Positions 18,165 through 27,744 of a DNA stretch of 48,304 nt are shown piece after piece; position 1 is the stretch's first letter, and the number at the start of each line of letters is the position of its first letter. The translations under genes and the position numbers were made by a program. Source of the stretch: Myxococcales bacterium (GTDB lineage Bacteria; Myxococcota_A; Polyangia; Polyangiales; Polyangiaceae); assembly GCA_043747615.1 (NCBI GenBank), contig JAYTOU010000048.1, positions 1 through 48,304 of the forward strand, in the 5' to 3' direction. The notes under the pieces are model-generated. The model saw only the letters and a list, made by a program, of their open reading frames with translations, was not told the origin of the DNA and made no database searches.

Positions 18165-18193
18165 TTGCCATTTAGAAAGTTTATTACTACCTT
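18165..18193 (+). promoter_or_regulatory. Sigma70-type promoter TTGCCA-N17-TACCTT with AT-rich spacer (possible Fur/PerR box)
   Basis: ttgcca 18165-18170, spacer tttagaaagtttattac, tacctt 18188-18193, just upstream of the Fur-family gene. Confidence 0.55.
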
Positions 18194-18201
18194 CCCTGGC
18201 C

Positions 18202-18705
18202 GTGAGAGAAGCACGCAAAGAGCACGCGGCCGAGCGCCGCGAAAAGATGCTGCGCGATCTAGGGCGCGCGGGCTTCAAGCTCACGGCGCAGCGAACGGCG
18301 ATCGTGAACCTATTTTCCGCCGAGCAATCGCATCCCACGGCGCAGGAGCTCTACGAACGCCTTCGGGGGTCTCACCCTTCGATCAGCTTCGCCACCGTCT
18401 ACAACACGCTCGATGCGCTCGCGAACGCCGGGCTCTCCGGCACGCTGCGTCTGGGCAACGCCGCGCGCTTCGACCCGAACACCGCCCCCCACCACCACGC
18501 GGTGTGCGTGGAGTGCGGCAACGTCACCGACGTTCCCGCCGAGACGCTCGCGCCGAAAGCGGCGACGGTGAAGCGCCTGCAGAAGCAGGCCCTCGGCTTC
18601 GACGTGCGCTTCGTCGAACGAATTTATCGCGGCGTTTGCGCCAGCTGCGTCAAGCAAAGTCAGAAGAACCAGAAAGAGGAGAAGACCAAATGGCAAAGGG
18701 ATTGA
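18202..18705 (+). CDS. Fur-family regulator, PerR-like
   Basis: KLTAQRTAI, HPTAQELY, ISFATVYNTL, RFD, HHHAVCVEC, GVCASC; heads a rubrerythrin operon; start uncertain. Confidence 0.88.
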   Translation: MREARKEHAAERREKMLRDLGRAGFKLTAQRTAIVNLFSAEQSHPTAQELYERLRGSHPSISFATVYNTLDALANAGLSGTLRLGNAARFDPNTAPHHHAVCVECGNVTDVPAETLAPKAATVKRLQKQALGFDVRFVERIYRGVCASCVKQSQKNQKEEKTKWQRD

Positions 18706-19115
18706 ACGGCACCAAGACACACCAGAATCTGAAAGACGCGTTCGCCGGCGAGTCGCAGGCCAACCGTCGTTATTTGTATTTCGCGAAGGTCGCAGACGTC
18801 GAAGGTCTCCCCGAGATCGCCGGCAACTTCAAGGAGACAGCCGACGGCGAAACGGGGCACGCCCACGGTCACCTCGACCACCTCAAGTCGGTCGGCGATC
18901 CGGCGACCGGCCTGCCGATCGGCAACACGGAAAAGAACCTGAAGAGCGCCATCGCCGGCGAGACCCACGAGTACGAAACCATGTACCCTGGCATGGCAAA
19001 GACGGCGCGCGAAGAAGGCTTCGACGACGTAGCCGAGTGGTTCGAGACCCTCGCAAAGGCCGAAAAAAGCCACGCTGGGCGGTTCACGAAGATGCTCGAC
19101 AGTCTCCAGAACTAA
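18690..19115 (+). CDS. rbr: Rubrerythrin, short form without rubredoxin domain
   Basis: [43 protein letters not shown] di-iron motifs; GAGGAG SD; no C-terminal CxxC. Confidence 0.93.
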   Translation: MAKGLNGTKTHQNLKDAFAGESQANRRYLYFAKVADVEGLPEIAGNFKETADGETGHAHGHLDHLKSVGDPATGLPIGNTEKNLKSAIAGETHEYETMYPGMAKTAREEGFDDVAEWFETLAKAEKSHAGRFTKMLDSLQN

Positions 19116-19151
19116 AAGTTCGCGGTTCGAAAAAGTTCGTTGCACTCAGTG

Positions 19152-19187
19152 GCCTCCTCTCTGCGCACGGAGAGGGGGCTCTCTTTT
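19152..19187 (+). terminator. Stem-loop plus T-rich tail after rubrerythrin (terminator or mRNA stabiliser)
   Basis: gcctcctctctg-cgca-cggagagggggc (12-bp stem, 2 G-U pairs) followed by tctctttt. Confidence 0.6.
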
Positions 19188-19234
19188 GGCCACCCGCGCG
19201 GGCGACTGCGCGCGTTGAAAAATCCGGCGACCCC

Positions 19235-20557
19235 ATGAGCAAGATCGATCCGAACCCCGGCAAACCGCCGGCCACGCAGCCTCGCGACGCGCGCTACTGG
19301 GAAGCAACCGATCTCGAAGGTGAGCTAAAGCGCCAGTTCGAGGTCTGTCACAACTGCCGGATGTGCGTGAACTACTGCGGTAGCTTTCCCGACTTGTTCG
19401 CGCGGATCGATCGCGACATCGCCAAAGGAGCGACCGGCTCCGAGGCGCTCGACGACCGCGACTTCGCGAGCATCACCGACCACTGCTGGCAGTGCAAATT
19501 GTGCTTCATCAAGTGTCCCTATACGGCCGACGAAGGCCACGAGTGGGTCATGGACATTCCGCGCGTACTTGGGCGGGAAAAGGCGCAGCGCGCGCGGCGC
19601 CTCGGGATAACGCTCCAGGATCGAGCGCTCGGGGAGCCTGGCGTCTTGGGATGGCTGAGCTCGGGAGTCGCCGCGCCGATGGCCAACCTCGTGAACGCCA
19701 ATCGTCTAGTCCGAAAGGTCATCGAGAAGACCGCCGGCATCTCAAGCGAGTTTCCGCTTCCGCCGTTCGCTGCGCGACCGTTCGCCAAATGGTTCGATCA
19801 CCACCAGGCAATCGACGGGGCCGGCGCTGCGGGAACCGTGGCTCTCTTCGCGACCTGCCTCGGCGACTACAATTTCCCATCCGTCCCTGCCAACGCCGTT
19901 CGCGTTCTCGAGCAAAACGGATTCTCGGTGGTGCGCCCGGAGCAGCAGTGCTGCGGGATGCCCAACCTCGACGGTGGCGACACCGAAGGCGCTATCGGCA
20001 AAGCCAAAGCGAACGTCGCCTCCCTCCTTCGCGAGGTGAAGCAAGGCCGCAAAATCCTCGTCACCCAGCCGACGTGTAGCTACACGATCAAAAAAGAATA
20101 CGTCGAGCTCCTTGGAACGGCTGAGGCCAAGCTGGTCGCTGACAGCACCTTCGACCTCATGGAGTTTCTCGACGTGCTCCGCAAAGAGAAGAGGCTCAAC
20201 AAGGATTTCAAAAAAGGCCTCGGCAAGATCGCCTACCACGCGCCATGTCATCTTCGCGCTCAAAAAATAGGGGTTCCCGGGGCGCGCGTGCTCGGCATGC
20301 TGCCTGACACCGAGGTCGAGATCATCGAGCAGTGCTCGGCGGTCGACGGAACGTGGGGAATGAAATCGCAGTTCTATGAGGAAGGTCGAAAGTACGCGCA
20401 GCGCCTCGTGCGCGCGATCGACGGCGCCGAGGCCAGCGTCGTGGTGTCTGACTGCCAGCTCGCCGCACAGCGGATCCTCAAAGAGAACGGCGTGAAGGTC
20501 GTGCATCCCATCGAGTCCCTGGCCGACGCCTACGGAATCGCCCTGGCGCGAGAATGA
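19235..20557 (+). CDS. Rubrerythrin-associated Fe-S oxidoreductase (GlpC/HdrD-like, CCG domains)
   Basis: CHNCRMCVNYC and CWQCKLCFIKC ferredoxin-type motifs, QQCCGMP, YHAPCHLR, VSDCQLA. Confidence 0.88.
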   Translation: MSKIDPNPGKPPATQPRDARYWEATDLEGELKRQFEVCHNCRMCVNYCGSFPDLFARIDRDIAKGATGSEALDDRDFASITDHCWQCKLCFIKCPYTADEGHEWVMDIPRVLGREKAQRARRLGITLQDRALGEPGVLGWLSSGVAAPMANLVNANRLVRKVIEKTAGISSEFPLPPFAARPFAKWFDHHQAIDGAGAAGTVALFATCLGDYNFPSVPANAVRVLEQNGFSVVRPEQQCCGMPNLDGGDTEGAIGKAKANVASLLREVKQGRKILVTQPTCSYTIKKEYVELLGTAEAKLVADSTFDLMEFLDVLRKEKRLNKDFKKGLGKIAYHAPCHLRAQKIGVPGARVLGMLPDTEVEIIEQCSAVDGTWGMKSQFYEEGRKYAQRLVRAIDGAEASVVVSDCQLAAQRILKENGVKVVHPIESLADAYGIALARE

Positions 20558-20576
20558 AGACGAAGAGGAGAGAACC

Positions 20577-21155
20577 GTGCAACGTGTAGAGCGAAACGAG
20601 ATTTTGAAAATTGGCGAGTACGAGACCATTCGCGAGCCGTTTCGGGCTCGGATAATCGCCGAAAAGAAAGCGCGTCGCGTTGCCTTTGGCCCGCTCGCCA
20701 CCGCGGTGTTCGAGAACCACGACACGGTACTCTTGCAGATCCAGGAGATGATCCGCACCGAGCGCATCACCCGCGAAGGCGCAATCCTCCACGAGATCGA
20801 GACGTACAATCAGCTCATTCCTGCCGACGGCGAGCTCAGCGCTACGGTGATGCTCGAGATCGACGACCGTGACACGCGCGAAAAATTCTTGAACGCAGCC
20901 GCGGGCATTCACGAGCACATCGCCATGGAGGTCGACGGCGACCGCAGCCGGGCCACGTGGGACGATCGCTTGGTCATCCCCGGTCGCGCGTCGGCCGTGC
21001 TCTATTTGAAGTTTCCGCTCTCGAAGGATGCGCTCCGCAAGATCAAGTCCGGTGCGGCGAAGGTCGCCCTCGTCGCAAGTCATCCGGCGTACGAGGCGCG
21101 CGCCGAGCTTTCGCCCGCGGCTGTCAAGAGCCTGACCGAAGACCTGGAGGGCTGA
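20577..21155 (+). CDS. DUF3501 family protein
   Basis: KKARRVAFGP, FENHDTVLLQIQEMIRTE, YNQLIP, ASAVLYLKF; usual partner of rubrerythrin plus Fe-S oxidoreductase. Confidence 0.88.
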   Translation: MQRVERNEILKIGEYETIREPFRARIIAEKKARRVAFGPLATAVFENHDTVLLQIQEMIRTERITREGAILHEIETYNQLIPADGELSATVMLEIDDRDTREKFLNAAAGIHEHIAMEVDGDRSRATWDDRLVIPGRASAVLYLKFPLSKDALRKIKSGAAKVALVASHPAYEARAELSPAAVKSLTEDLEG

Positions 21156-21157
21156 GG

Positions 21158-21589
21158 GTGTTCGCGTACCATCGCGCGGTCCGGTTCGAGGACATCGACG
21201 CCGCGCAGATCGTCTTTTTCCCGCGGTACCTCGTCTACTGTCACGAGGCGTTGGAGCAGCTCTTCGCGCCCCTCGAAGGTGGCTACGCAAGCCTGATCAT
21301 GAAGCGCCGCGTCGGTCTGCCCGCAGTCCACATCGACATGGAGTTCAAAAAGCCGCTCCGCTACGGCGAAGAGGTGACGATCCAAGTCGACGTCACCAAG
21401 ATCGGAAATAGCTCCTGCGGCTTGCGCTACACGATCGTGCGCGTCAGCGACGGTCAGGAGATGGCGCTGGTCAACCACATCTGCGTGCTCAGCGACCTCG
21501 ACGAGCTCAAGTCGATCCCCATTCCCGACGACATCCGCGCGCTGCTCGAGCAGCACCTCGTCGTTGCGCCTGATCGCGTCGCTACGTAG
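21158..21589 (+). CDS. 4HBT/YbgC-family acyl-CoA thioesterase
   Basis: VRFEDIDAAQIVFFPRY hot-dog motif, FKKPLRYGE, IGNSS. Confidence 0.88.
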   Translation: MFAYHRAVRFEDIDAAQIVFFPRYLVYCHEALEQLFAPLEGGYASLIMKRRVGLPAVHIDMEFKKPLRYGEEVTIQVDVTKIGNSSCGLRYTIVRVSDGQEMALVNHICVLSDLDELKSIPIPDDIRALLEQHLVVAPDRVAT

Positions 21590-22553
21590 CGGGATTCGCC
21601 TCGGTCGTTGTCGCTGGCTCGGGCGCCGAGGCGAGGAGCTCGTCGGTGGGATCGATACCGCGGCGCACGAGCGAGCGCGAATACGCCAGCACAGCGAGCC
21701 CATAAATGAAGAGGACGAAGCAGCACCACTGCGCGGGCGTCAGACCGGCGTAGCGTGGATCAGCAGCCTCGCCCTCCGTGATCCGCAAGTAGTCCATCGC
21801 GAAGCGGACCGGAGCGTAGGAGAGGCAGGCCACGGCCACGTAGGTACCCATCGGCAAGCGACGACGCCAGGTGAGAGCTATGCAGCCTGCGAGCACGATC
21901 GTGAACATGAGCTCGAGAAGGCCGAGGTCATAGCGCGGGTAGCTGCCGTAATAGAGCTCGATGGCGCTCGTGAAGTTCGGGGGGCGATCGGGGTAGGCCA
22001 CGGCGAAGAGAGCATCGGCCGAAGCGCGTGCACCGGGATGATCGTGGACCGTCGCACAGCCGCTTCGCCCGAAGATCCAGGCCACAGGAAAGACCGACAG
22101 AAGAAGGTCCGCGAGCGGAAGGATGGGATGCACCTTCTCGCGCCGCTTGAACCACGGGATCTCCACGCGGCCGATCTTCTTCACGGGCACGATGACGTAG
22201 TACTTCCACAGGAGCATACCGATGATGCCGCCCGTGAAGCCGCCGAACGAGCTCAGGCCCTCCCAGAGCAGGAAGATCGACCAAGGGCGGACGAACTCGA
22301 AGTGCCCGTCGTGGATCCGCGCCAGCTCCGTCGGATGGTAAAAAATTTGGTCGAGCATGTGGCCGCCAACGAAGCCGCCGACGAGGAGCCACGTGATGAA
22401 CGAGTTGAGCTTCTCGAGATCGACGCCGCGGAGGCGAGCCCGCCACGTAGCGAGGGCCGTGCCGACAAGAACGCCCGTGGCGACCAGCAGCCCGAACGGG
22501 TGAAGTGTGAGGGGGCCGATCTTGATGTCGGCGATGTGGATGTACGGGATCAT
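21582..22553 (-). CDS. lgt: Prolipoprotein diacylglyceryl transferase-like protein (divergent Lgt family)
   Basis: IGPLTLHPFG, GLSSFGG, GRSGC, YAPVRFAMDYLR, GLTPAQW; multi-TM; several canonical residues differ. Confidence 0.75.
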   Translation of the reverse strand: MIPYIHIADIKIGPLTLHPFGLLVATGVLVGTALATWRARLRGVDLEKLNSFITWLLVGGFVGGHMLDQIFYHPTELARIHDGHFEFVRPWSIFLLWEGLSSFGGFTGGIIGMLLWKYYVIVPVKKIGRVEIPWFKRREKVHPILPLADLLLSVFPVAWIFGRSGCATVHDHPGARASADALFAVAYPDRPPNFTSAIELYYGSYPRYDLGLLELMFTIVLAGCIALTWRRRLPMGTYVAVACLSYAPVRFAMDYLRITEGEAADPRYAGLTPAQWCCFVLFIYGLAVLAYSRSLVRRGIDPTDELLASAPEPATTTEANPAT

Positions 22554-22603
22554 GTGGTTCGGGAAACCCGCCAAGGGTGTACCGTATTTCCGCCGGACTG
22601 AGA

Positions 22604-23812
22604 CTAGTTTTGAAGGACGCGGACCCGACGCTTGGCCCCGACAAGAGCGAGCTGGCCACACGCGGCGCTCACGTCGTCGCCCCGCCGCCGGCGGATGAAG
22701 CACGAATAGCCTGCGTCGCAGAGCACTTGCTGAAAGGCGAGAACGCCCGCCAAGTTTGGGGGCCCGAGGTCGCTGTCCTCGATCGGATTCATAGGAATCA
22801 AATTGATCTTCACGGGGAGGTCGCGCAGAAGTCGCACCACCTTACGAGCCTCGTCTTTCGAATCATTCCGGCCCGCCACCAAGGTGTATTCGATCGTGAT
22901 TCGGCGGCGCTTGGGGAGTGGGTAGGCCCGGAGCGCGGCCATCAGTTTCTCCAACGGGTATTTGCGATTGATCGGCATGAGGCGCGACCGCGTCTCGTCG
23001 TCCGCCGCATGCAGCGAGATGGCGAGACCAATCTGCCCGTTGAAGTCCTCGCCGAGGCGCAGAATTTCCGGCACGAGACCGCTGGTCGAGACGGTGACCC
23101 GCCGCGAAGAGAGCCCAATTCCATCGGGATGGGTGAGGAGCTTGAGGGCGCGTGCGGTCGCTTCGTAGTTGTGGAGCGGCTCACCCATTCCCATCATCAC
23201 CACGTTGCGGAGCTGCTCCTCGCCTTCGAGGCGACTGCGACCGGCGATCACCTGGGCCACGATCTCGTCGGGCCCCATTTGCCGTTTGAGACCGGCGATC
23301 CCGCTCGCGCAGAAGACGCAGCCCATCGCGCAGCCCACCTGCGTGGAGATGCATTGAGTCACGCGGATTGGCGCGGACGGGCCGGGCGCCTCGGGGGCCT
23401 CGTCTTCATCGTCGACGGCCGCGGCGGCGTCGGCATCTTCCTCGTAGCGTTCACTCGGCGCGCTGCCTTCGATCGGGTTTGGCAAGTCGCGGTGTCCAGC
23501 GGTCATCGCCGGAATGAGCACGGTCTCGACCGTGGCTCCGTCTTTCATCTGAACGAGGAGCTTGCGCGTGCGATCGAGCGCTCGCCTCTCCGAAGCGATC
23601 GACAGCACCCCACCGAGGTCGAGCGTCGCCAGCGAATCCCGCAGGTTTTTAGGGATATCGCTCATCAGTGACGGATCGGTCACTCCCCGCGCGTGAATCC
23701 AGCGAAAGACCTGCTTACCGTGAAACGCCCGACCGCCAAGCTCCTGCGCGGTTACCGCCCACTCCTCGGGCGTTCGCGCAAGCGGCGGCGTGGGACCTTT
23801 CACGGGGGGCAT
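22604..23812 (-). CDS. rlmN: 23S rRNA (adenine2503-C2)-methyltransferase RlmN (radical SAM)
   Basis: CISTQVGCAMGCVFC, MGMGEPLHN, VTVSTSG, ISLHA, AACGQL. Confidence 0.93.
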   Translation of the reverse strand: MPPVKGPTPPLARTPEEWAVTAQELGGRAFHGKQVFRWIHARGVTDPSLMSDIPKNLRDSLATLDLGGVLSIASERRALDRTRKLLVQMKDGATVETVLIPAMTAGHRDLPNPIEGSAPSERYEEDADAAAAVDDEDEAPEAPGPSAPIRVTQCISTQVGCAMGCVFCASGIAGLKRQMGPDEIVAQVIAGRSRLEGEEQLRNVVMMGMGEPLHNYEATARALKLLTHPDGIGLSSRRVTVSTSGLVPEILRLGEDFNGQIGLAISLHAADDETRSRLMPINRKYPLEKLMAALRAYPLPKRRRITIEYTLVAGRNDSKDEARKVVRLLRDLPVKINLIPMNPIEDSDLGPPNLAGVLAFQQVLCDAGYSCFIRRRRGDDVSAACGQLALVGAKRRVRVLQN

Positions 23813-23851
23813 CTTGCGGCGAAAGGTACGGTTCGCCTGGGGGAAGTCAAA

Positions 23852-25693
23852 TCACTCGAGGCCGAAGGCACCGCTCCCGGCGTAGCGCACCGGTATCGCG
23901 CCGAACGCGAGGAGGCGATCGTGGAAGCGGACGAGGTCGAAATTGCTTCCCTCTTTTGCCTTCACGCGATCGCGGAGCTTCAAGATGGTGAGCTTGCCGT
24001 AGGTGTACGAGAACATGTTGGCGGGCGAGATCACCGCACGAAAAGCCTCCATTTTCGCGGCTTCGGGGTCGAGGAACGCCGTCTCCGAGAGAAACTTCGC
24101 GGCCGCATCCACCGACAACGATCCGTCGCTCTCGCCGACGTCCATGACCACGCGAGCAGCGCGCTGGAGCGCCATCCGCAAGTAGAACGCCTTCGTGCGC
24201 ACCGGGTCTGCGCCGGAGAAGCCCCCTTCGAGCACCGCTTGTTCGCAGTAGTGCGCCCACCCCTCGCCGAGCGTCGACGCCCAGACGATCTTGCGCACCT
24301 TCGACGGCGTCTGCTGCTGGAAGAGGAGCTGCAGGTCGTGTCCCGGGATGGCCTCGTGCATGGTGACGAGATCGATCGCCCCTCGCGCGTGAAATGCGAG
24401 GAGCGCCTTTTTCGTTGCCTCCGGCATGGTGGCATCGGGAACAGTGACCTGGAAGTTCGCGTCCGATTGCTTGGTCTCGAGCGGACCGGAAGCGTTCATG
24501 CTCGCGAAGCTGGTGTACTTCCGCTCGGGCGGCGACGCGATGACCTGAAGCTTCACCCGATCCCACGGAATGGTGGCGAACGGATGCCCCTGCAGCCACT
24601 CGTTGAGGCGCTGGATCGACGCGCGGTACTCGTCGAGCACCTTGTCGGGCTTGGGCGCGTCCCGCTGGAGACGCGTGAAAAACGCTGCCCTCGTTTCCTT
24701 GGGCTGACCGCTCTTGGCGATGAGCTCATCGAGCTCGACGTCGAGACGAGCGATCTCGGCTTCGCCCATTTTGCGCACGTCGGCCGGCAGCTCGAGCACG
24801 CCTTCGTGGAGGCGCGCCATGGTGGACCAAGCCTCGGCGCCGATGGGATCGTCCTTCGCCGAACCGAGGGGAAAGGCCCCCCTGATGTCCGTATTGTAGG
24901 CGTCGAGTGCCGTCGCTGCGTCGAGCGCGCTCTTCGCAAGACGCGTCTTCAACGGCACGTCTCCATCGAGCTCCCTCGCGTCGACCTTGGCGATGCTCCC
25001 CCGCAGAGTCAGACCGAGGCCCTTGATCATTGGAGACAGCACCTCGAGCGACGCGCGCATCGGCTTCTGCACACGCAAACGGGCTGTCTTCAAGAGCGCA
25101 GGAACGGCGGCGAGGCGAGTCGCGAGCGCGTCCATGCGCGTATGCTTGGACGCAAACTCGTGCGAGGTAAGCGTTGTGATTCCGCGTCCGATTTCGCTGA
25201 CGACCGCCGAGGGATCGCGCTCCGCTCTGCGCAGACCGGTGAGCGCGAAGGCGTGGCCGTCGAGCTGATCGGCGAGGACGAGCGCGTCGAGCGCCGGATG
25301 GTCGCTCCCCGACTCCGTCGCGGTCGCATCGGGCGGAACGCTCGCGGCGATGGTTCGCAGCCCTTGCGCGCGAATCCGGAAATCGGCGGCGAGCGTCCCC
25401 TCACCTTGCGCCGACATGTCCGGCCAACGATCGTCGAAGCGATGATCTCCGAGCTGAGTGGCGTCGACGGGGTTGCCCGCGAGGAATGCCTCGATGGCTT
25501 CGCTTATCGCCGTGCGGAAGAGTGCTGCATCGAAGCGATTCTCGGTGGGCCCGGCATCGACCGCAGCGACCGGTGCGACGCGCGCCATCAGCGTGGGAGG
25601 CGGAACTTGGGGCAGCGGTTTTTCATCACCGCCGCAGGCCACCGACCCGAGGGCGACGGCGAATACCCCTGAAAATAGCGCTTGTCCGTTCAT
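23852..25693 (-). CDS. DUF885 family lipoprotein
   Basis: Lipobox SVAC; ATQLGDHRFDDRWPD, HEAIPGH, EGWAHYCE, YTYGKL, FHDRLL; ATGA overlap with the mazG stop. Confidence 0.88.
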   Translation of the reverse strand: MNGQALFSGVFAVALGSVACGGDEKPLPQVPPPTLMARVAPVAAVDAGPTENRFDAALFRTAISEAIEAFLAGNPVDATQLGDHRFDDRWPDMSAQGEGTLAADFRIRAQGLRTIAASVPPDATATESGSDHPALDALVLADQLDGHAFALTGLRRAERDPSAVVSEIGRGITTLTSHEFASKHTRMDALATRLAAVPALLKTARLRVQKPMRASLEVLSPMIKGLGLTLRGSIAKVDARELDGDVPLKTRLAKSALDAATALDAYNTDIRGAFPLGSAKDDPIGAEAWSTMARLHEGVLELPADVRKMGEAEIARLDVELDELIAKSGQPKETRAAFFTRLQRDAPKPDKVLDEYRASIQRLNEWLQGHPFATIPWDRVKLQVIASPPERKYTSFASMNASGPLETKQSDANFQVTVPDATMPEATKKALLAFHARGAIDLVTMHEAIPGHDLQLLFQQQTPSKVRKIVWASTLGEGWAHYCEQAVLEGGFSGADPVRTKAFYLRMALQRAARVVMDVGESDGSLSVDAAAKFLSETAFLDPEAAKMEAFRAVISPANMFSYTYGKLTILKLRDRVKAKEGSNFDLVRFHDRLLAFGAIPVRYAGSGAFGLE

Positions 25694-26544
25694 CGCGGCT
25701 TCTCCTCGGCCTTGGCCTCTTCCCAATACACGTCGAGCGTCGCAAGCGGTATCGACTCGCCCTGAGCCTCACCCCAACCGCCGTGCTTCGTCTTCACCCG
25801 CTTCTCGACGTGCGTAAAGCGGCGCGTGAATTTGTCGATCGTTCGCCGGAGCGCGCCCTCCGCATCGACCTTCACGTGCCGCGAAAGATTGACGAGTGCA
25901 AAGAGAGTGTCGCCGAGCTCGTCCTCGATCGCCGCCGTGTCGCCGCTCGCGATGGCGCGATCGAGCTCACCGAGCTCCTCGGTGACTTTGGCCCGCGAGC
26001 CATCCGCCGTCTCCCAGTCGAAGCCGACGCGCGAAACTTTCTCTCCGATCCGTTGCGCCCGGGTCAGCGCGGGGAGACTTCGGGGGACGCCGCCAAGCAC
26101 TCCCCTCCCCTTTTTCTCTGCTGCCTTGATCTTCTCCCAGTTCTGGAGAACTTCGTCTGCGTCCTTCGCTTCCATGTCTCCGAAGACGTGCGGGTGGCGA
26201 TGAACGAGCTTGTCGATGATCCCCGCGATGACGTCGTCGATCGCGAACGCTCCCTCTCGCCGACCGATCTCCGCCTGAAAAATCACCTGCAAGATGAGAT
26301 CGCCAAGCTCCTCGCGGAGCGCGGTTCGATCGCCCGAGTCGATGGCGTCGATTACCTCGCAGGCCTCTTCGAGGACGTACTTGCGTAGGCTCTCCAGCGA
26401 CTGCTCGCGGTCCCATGGGCACCCGTCGGGGGCAAGGAGGCGCCGCATCAGTCCAACCAGCCGAGGCAAGGTCCCGCCGTCCTGCGCATCGAGCGTGGGG
26501 ACCGGCCGCGGCGCGTCTTCGTCGAAGCGAGAAAGGGTGCTCAT
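25690..26544 (-). CDS. mazG: Nucleoside triphosphate pyrophosphohydrolase MazG
   Basis: GCPWDREQS, EEACEV, EELGDL, KLVHRHPHVF, GFDW, ELGD, KFTRRF. Confidence 0.93.
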   Translation of the reverse strand: MSTLSRFDEDAPRPVPTLDAQDGGTLPRLVGLMRRLLAPDGCPWDREQSLESLRKYVLEEACEVIDAIDSGDRTALREELGDLILQVIFQAEIGRREGAFAIDDVIAGIIDKLVHRHPHVFGDMEAKDADEVLQNWEKIKAAEKKGRGVLGGVPRSLPALTRAQRIGEKVSRVGFDWETADGSRAKVTEELGELDRAIASGDTAAIEDELGDTLFALVNLSRHVKVDAEGALRRTIDKFTRRFTHVEKRVKTKHGGWGEAQGESIPLATLDVYWEEAKAEEKPR

Positions 26545-26642
26545 TGCCGCGGACGCTAGCACCAAAAATCTGATTTCGCGTCAGGTCGCGTAATGCATAT
26601 GGCGCGACACAGCCTTTCGAAGGTCGGCTAGAGTCTCTCCAG

Positions 26643-27740
26643 ATGGCGACCGAGCCGGTGACCCGACGCGAGCACCCTTCGTCTTTGAACTTCAGGCGGA
26701 CGATGGTGGTGGTCAGCCTCTTCGGCGCGATCGTCCTCGGCTACCTTCTGAGGGGCGTCATCGCTCCGCTCTTCCTGGCCTTCCTCGTCGCCTACGCGCT
26801 CGACCCGTTCGTAGACAAGCTCGAGGCGATGAAGGTGCCCCGGGTGCTCGGGGCGCTCGCTGTGGTGGTCGGCATTTTCGGACTGATCGTTCTCCTTCTC
26901 TTCTATTCGATCCCGCTCCTCATCGACGAGCTCCGTGCTGCCGCTGCCGACTTGCCGTCCGAGCTTCAAGGTCTCGAGTCGCGCATGGAGCCCTGGCTTT
27001 GGAGCAATTTTCGCGTGAAATTGCCTCATTCGCTCGGAGAGCTCGGGAACACGTTCGCTGAGCGTGCTCAGGCCCAAGCGCCGGCGATGTTCAGCGCCGC
27101 GGCCCTCGCCCTCTTCGGCACCCTTAGCTACGTCGCCGTCCTCTTCAGCGCGCTCATCGTTCCGGTGTTTGCGCTCTACCTGCTCATCGACTTCGATCGC
27201 ATCGTGGCCCGCGCTGCCCAGCTCGTGCCTCGTCGCTACGTGCCGGGCGCGACCCGCGTCGCCAAACAGATCCACAAGACCCTCGGCGGGTACGTTCGCG
27301 GTCAGCTCACGGCGAACATCGTCCTCGGTGCGCTCTACGCGACAGGTCTGCGCATCGTGGACATTCGGCTTGCCGTCCCCATCGGCGTGATCACCGGAAT
27401 GATGGCGTTCGTGCCTTATTTTGGCTTCTTTACTGGCCTCTTCATCGCGCTGGCCATGGCAACCCTCGACTGGCACGGCCCTGGTCATGTCCTCGGGGTG
27501 CTCGTCGTGATGGGCTCGGTGCAGCTCCTCGACGCGACCTTCATCACGCCCCGCATCGTCGGAAGGTCCGTCGGCCTTGCGCCGATCGAAGTGCTCATCA
27601 CGATGATGGCGGCAGCTTCGCTCTTCGGCTTCTTCGGAGTTCTCCTGGCCGTTCCCCTCGGCGCTGTCGTAAAAATTCTCATCCAGCGGATGGTGAGGGT
27701 CTATCTGTCTTCGGATTTTTACGCGCAGCGCGTGGAGTGA
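26643..27740 (+). CDS. AI-2E family transporter
   Basis: AYALDP, LGGYVRGQL, FVPYFG, ITPRIVGRSVGL, GVLLAVP. Confidence 0.9.
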   Translation: MATEPVTRREHPSSLNFRRTMVVVSLFGAIVLGYLLRGVIAPLFLAFLVAYALDPFVDKLEAMKVPRVLGALAVVVGIFGLIVLLLFYSIPLLIDELRAAAADLPSELQGLESRMEPWLWSNFRVKLPHSLGELGNTFAERAQAQAPAMFSAAALALFGTLSYVAVLFSALIVPVFALYLLIDFDRIVARAAQLVPRRYVPGATRVAKQIHKTLGGYVRGQLTANIVLGALYATGLRIVDIRLAVPIGVITGMMAFVPYFGFFTGLFIALAMATLDWHGPGHVLGVLVVMGSVQLLDATFITPRIVGRSVGLAPIEVLITMMAAASLFGFFGVLLAVPLGAVVKILIQRMVRVYLSSDFYAQRVE

Positions 27741-27744
27741 TCTC

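Noticed and set aside
23693..25672. 659-aa plus-strand ORF
   Set aside because: Antisense to the DUF885 gene, Arg-rich and motif-free; typical high-GC shadow ORF.
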